Positions 62,626-64,000 of a stretch of 64,000 nucleotides of DNA are shown one piece after another (the first letter of the stretch is position 1; every line of letters starts with the position of its first letter). Origin of the DNA: Anolis carolinensis (Eukaryota); assembly GCF_035594765.1 (NCBI RefSeq), contig NW_026943823.1, positions 14,322,001 through 14,386,000 on the forward strand, given 5' to 3'. A program made the translations under genes and the position numbers. Below the pieces are notes generated by a model, which had not been told where the DNA came from, did no database searches, and was given only the letters and a program-made list of their open reading frames with translations.

Positions 62626-64000
62626 CTTCCAGGGAACAGATGCTGTTATTTATAATGGGGGTCATTTTGAGATAACTAAAATGGATGGGAGTATGAGCCT
62701 TTTATTTTATTATTATTACTATTATTTGTTTTTCAAAAATTATAGTTTTTCTTTTTATTATTAACTACATATATTATAAGTATTGGCTACTATTATTGTT
62801 ATACAACACTGTGTCACATGATTTTTGTTCCTGTGTGATAAATGTAATTTCCTAATTGGTTCTATCATAAAATCATGGAGAAAAGTTTATTAAACTGCAA
62901 AAACTTTGTTTATCCAGGAGGGTCATCCTGCAGCTCTAGTTTTTCAATTAATATTTCATCTAGCCTCAACCAATTGCAACCTAGTTTGTGGCAGCCACAA
63001 AAATGAAGTTTCTGGAGTAGAACAACTACTTTCAAAGCAAGGATCACACAATTAAACAGGAAATAACACTTTCAAACCAGAAACAGAACATTTGTCAAAT
63101 TTTGTTACATACTGTTGTTATTATGATAAGCAGCAGCGGATATCACTAGAACCTGTAAAATGAAATGATTATGATGGTAATGATTACAGGATATCAATGG
63201 GAAGGTTGAAGATGGGGGGAACAAGGATGCTGAAATACTGAAACAGTGTTGAGTGGGAGTAAAGAACCAGGATCTTCCCAGAGGATGCCGCTCACCATAA
63301 GAGGCCGGGTTTTAGCACAGCTGGTTAACCACCAGCTGCAATAAATCTTACCAATAGAAATGTTGGCAGTTCAAAGTGAACAAAGGTTGTGTCTGTTAAG
63401 TCACAGTAATATTATGCATATATATCCACCAAAATATTGACACGTAGCAGTGTAGTGTTTCAAAAAAGATATTTCAGGATTAAATTCTCACAAGTATGTG
63501 TTCATATAACAAAACAGTTTGAGTTTTAATTACTCTGCTGCTTAAAGCATATAATGCAGGGTTAAGCTTTTACTCATATATGCATAGGTAACAAAATAGT
63601 TAGAGTTCAATTCACGCTTTTGCGACTTGTTATAACAATATTATAATTGCACAGTATGTTGCAAATAGTTGTCTTCTTTTTTGCATATGAGGAGAAGGTT
63701 GGTAAGTAGAAATGAAGGAAGTCTCTGATAAGAGAAATGTTTGTTGTGTCCTTAAAGGGATGCACGACAAAGAGTCCCGGGTTTTTTTCTTCTTTGTTTC
63801 GGGTCAAGCCCTTCTTCAGGTTTTTTTAAGGCCAATTAGGTTGCAGAGACTCTATATTCTCCTTGAATTCTCATTCATTCAATTCCTGCGTTGCTCTACA
63901 TAGAGTGTAATACTAAGGTTTTTTGTTTTCCGTAGTGAGCAGCTTATCAGAGACTTCCTTCATTTCTACATACCAACCTTCTCCTCATATGCAAAAAAGA

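Overview
Repeat-rich vertebrate genomic DNA from a squamate. Abundant Sauria SINEs and Anolis-type MITEs suggest an anole-like lizard (inference). By splicing exons by hand I reconstructed three gene units. (1) A complete 5-exon C8orf48/DUF4606-like gene (minus strand, 12070->709, 292 aa) with an RFX X-box in its CpG-rich promoter. (2) The last three coding exons of KLHL22 (minus, 62625->60196). (3) Between them, a tandem cluster of five two-exon genes for single-pass membrane proteins (22.4-53.9 kb). All five have one phase-1 intron just before a Trp + TM helix, and a shared CCAAT-like/E-box/TATA promoter module. The two outer genes keep an 8-Cys Shisa domain; the three inner genes have lost it but share a cytoplasmic P-[LI]...YG motif. 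This apparently lineage-specific, diversifying Shisa-derived cluster is the main finding. The rest is TEs: Sauria and other tRNA SINEs; R4/Dong, L1, L2, CR1 and RTE-X-like LINE fragments; Penelope-like pieces with decayed hammerhead ribozyme cores; solo LTRs; and hAT, mariner/pogo and Harbinger-like MITEs. There are also several unusual rearrangements. Family and gene names come from recalled similarity, not database searches.
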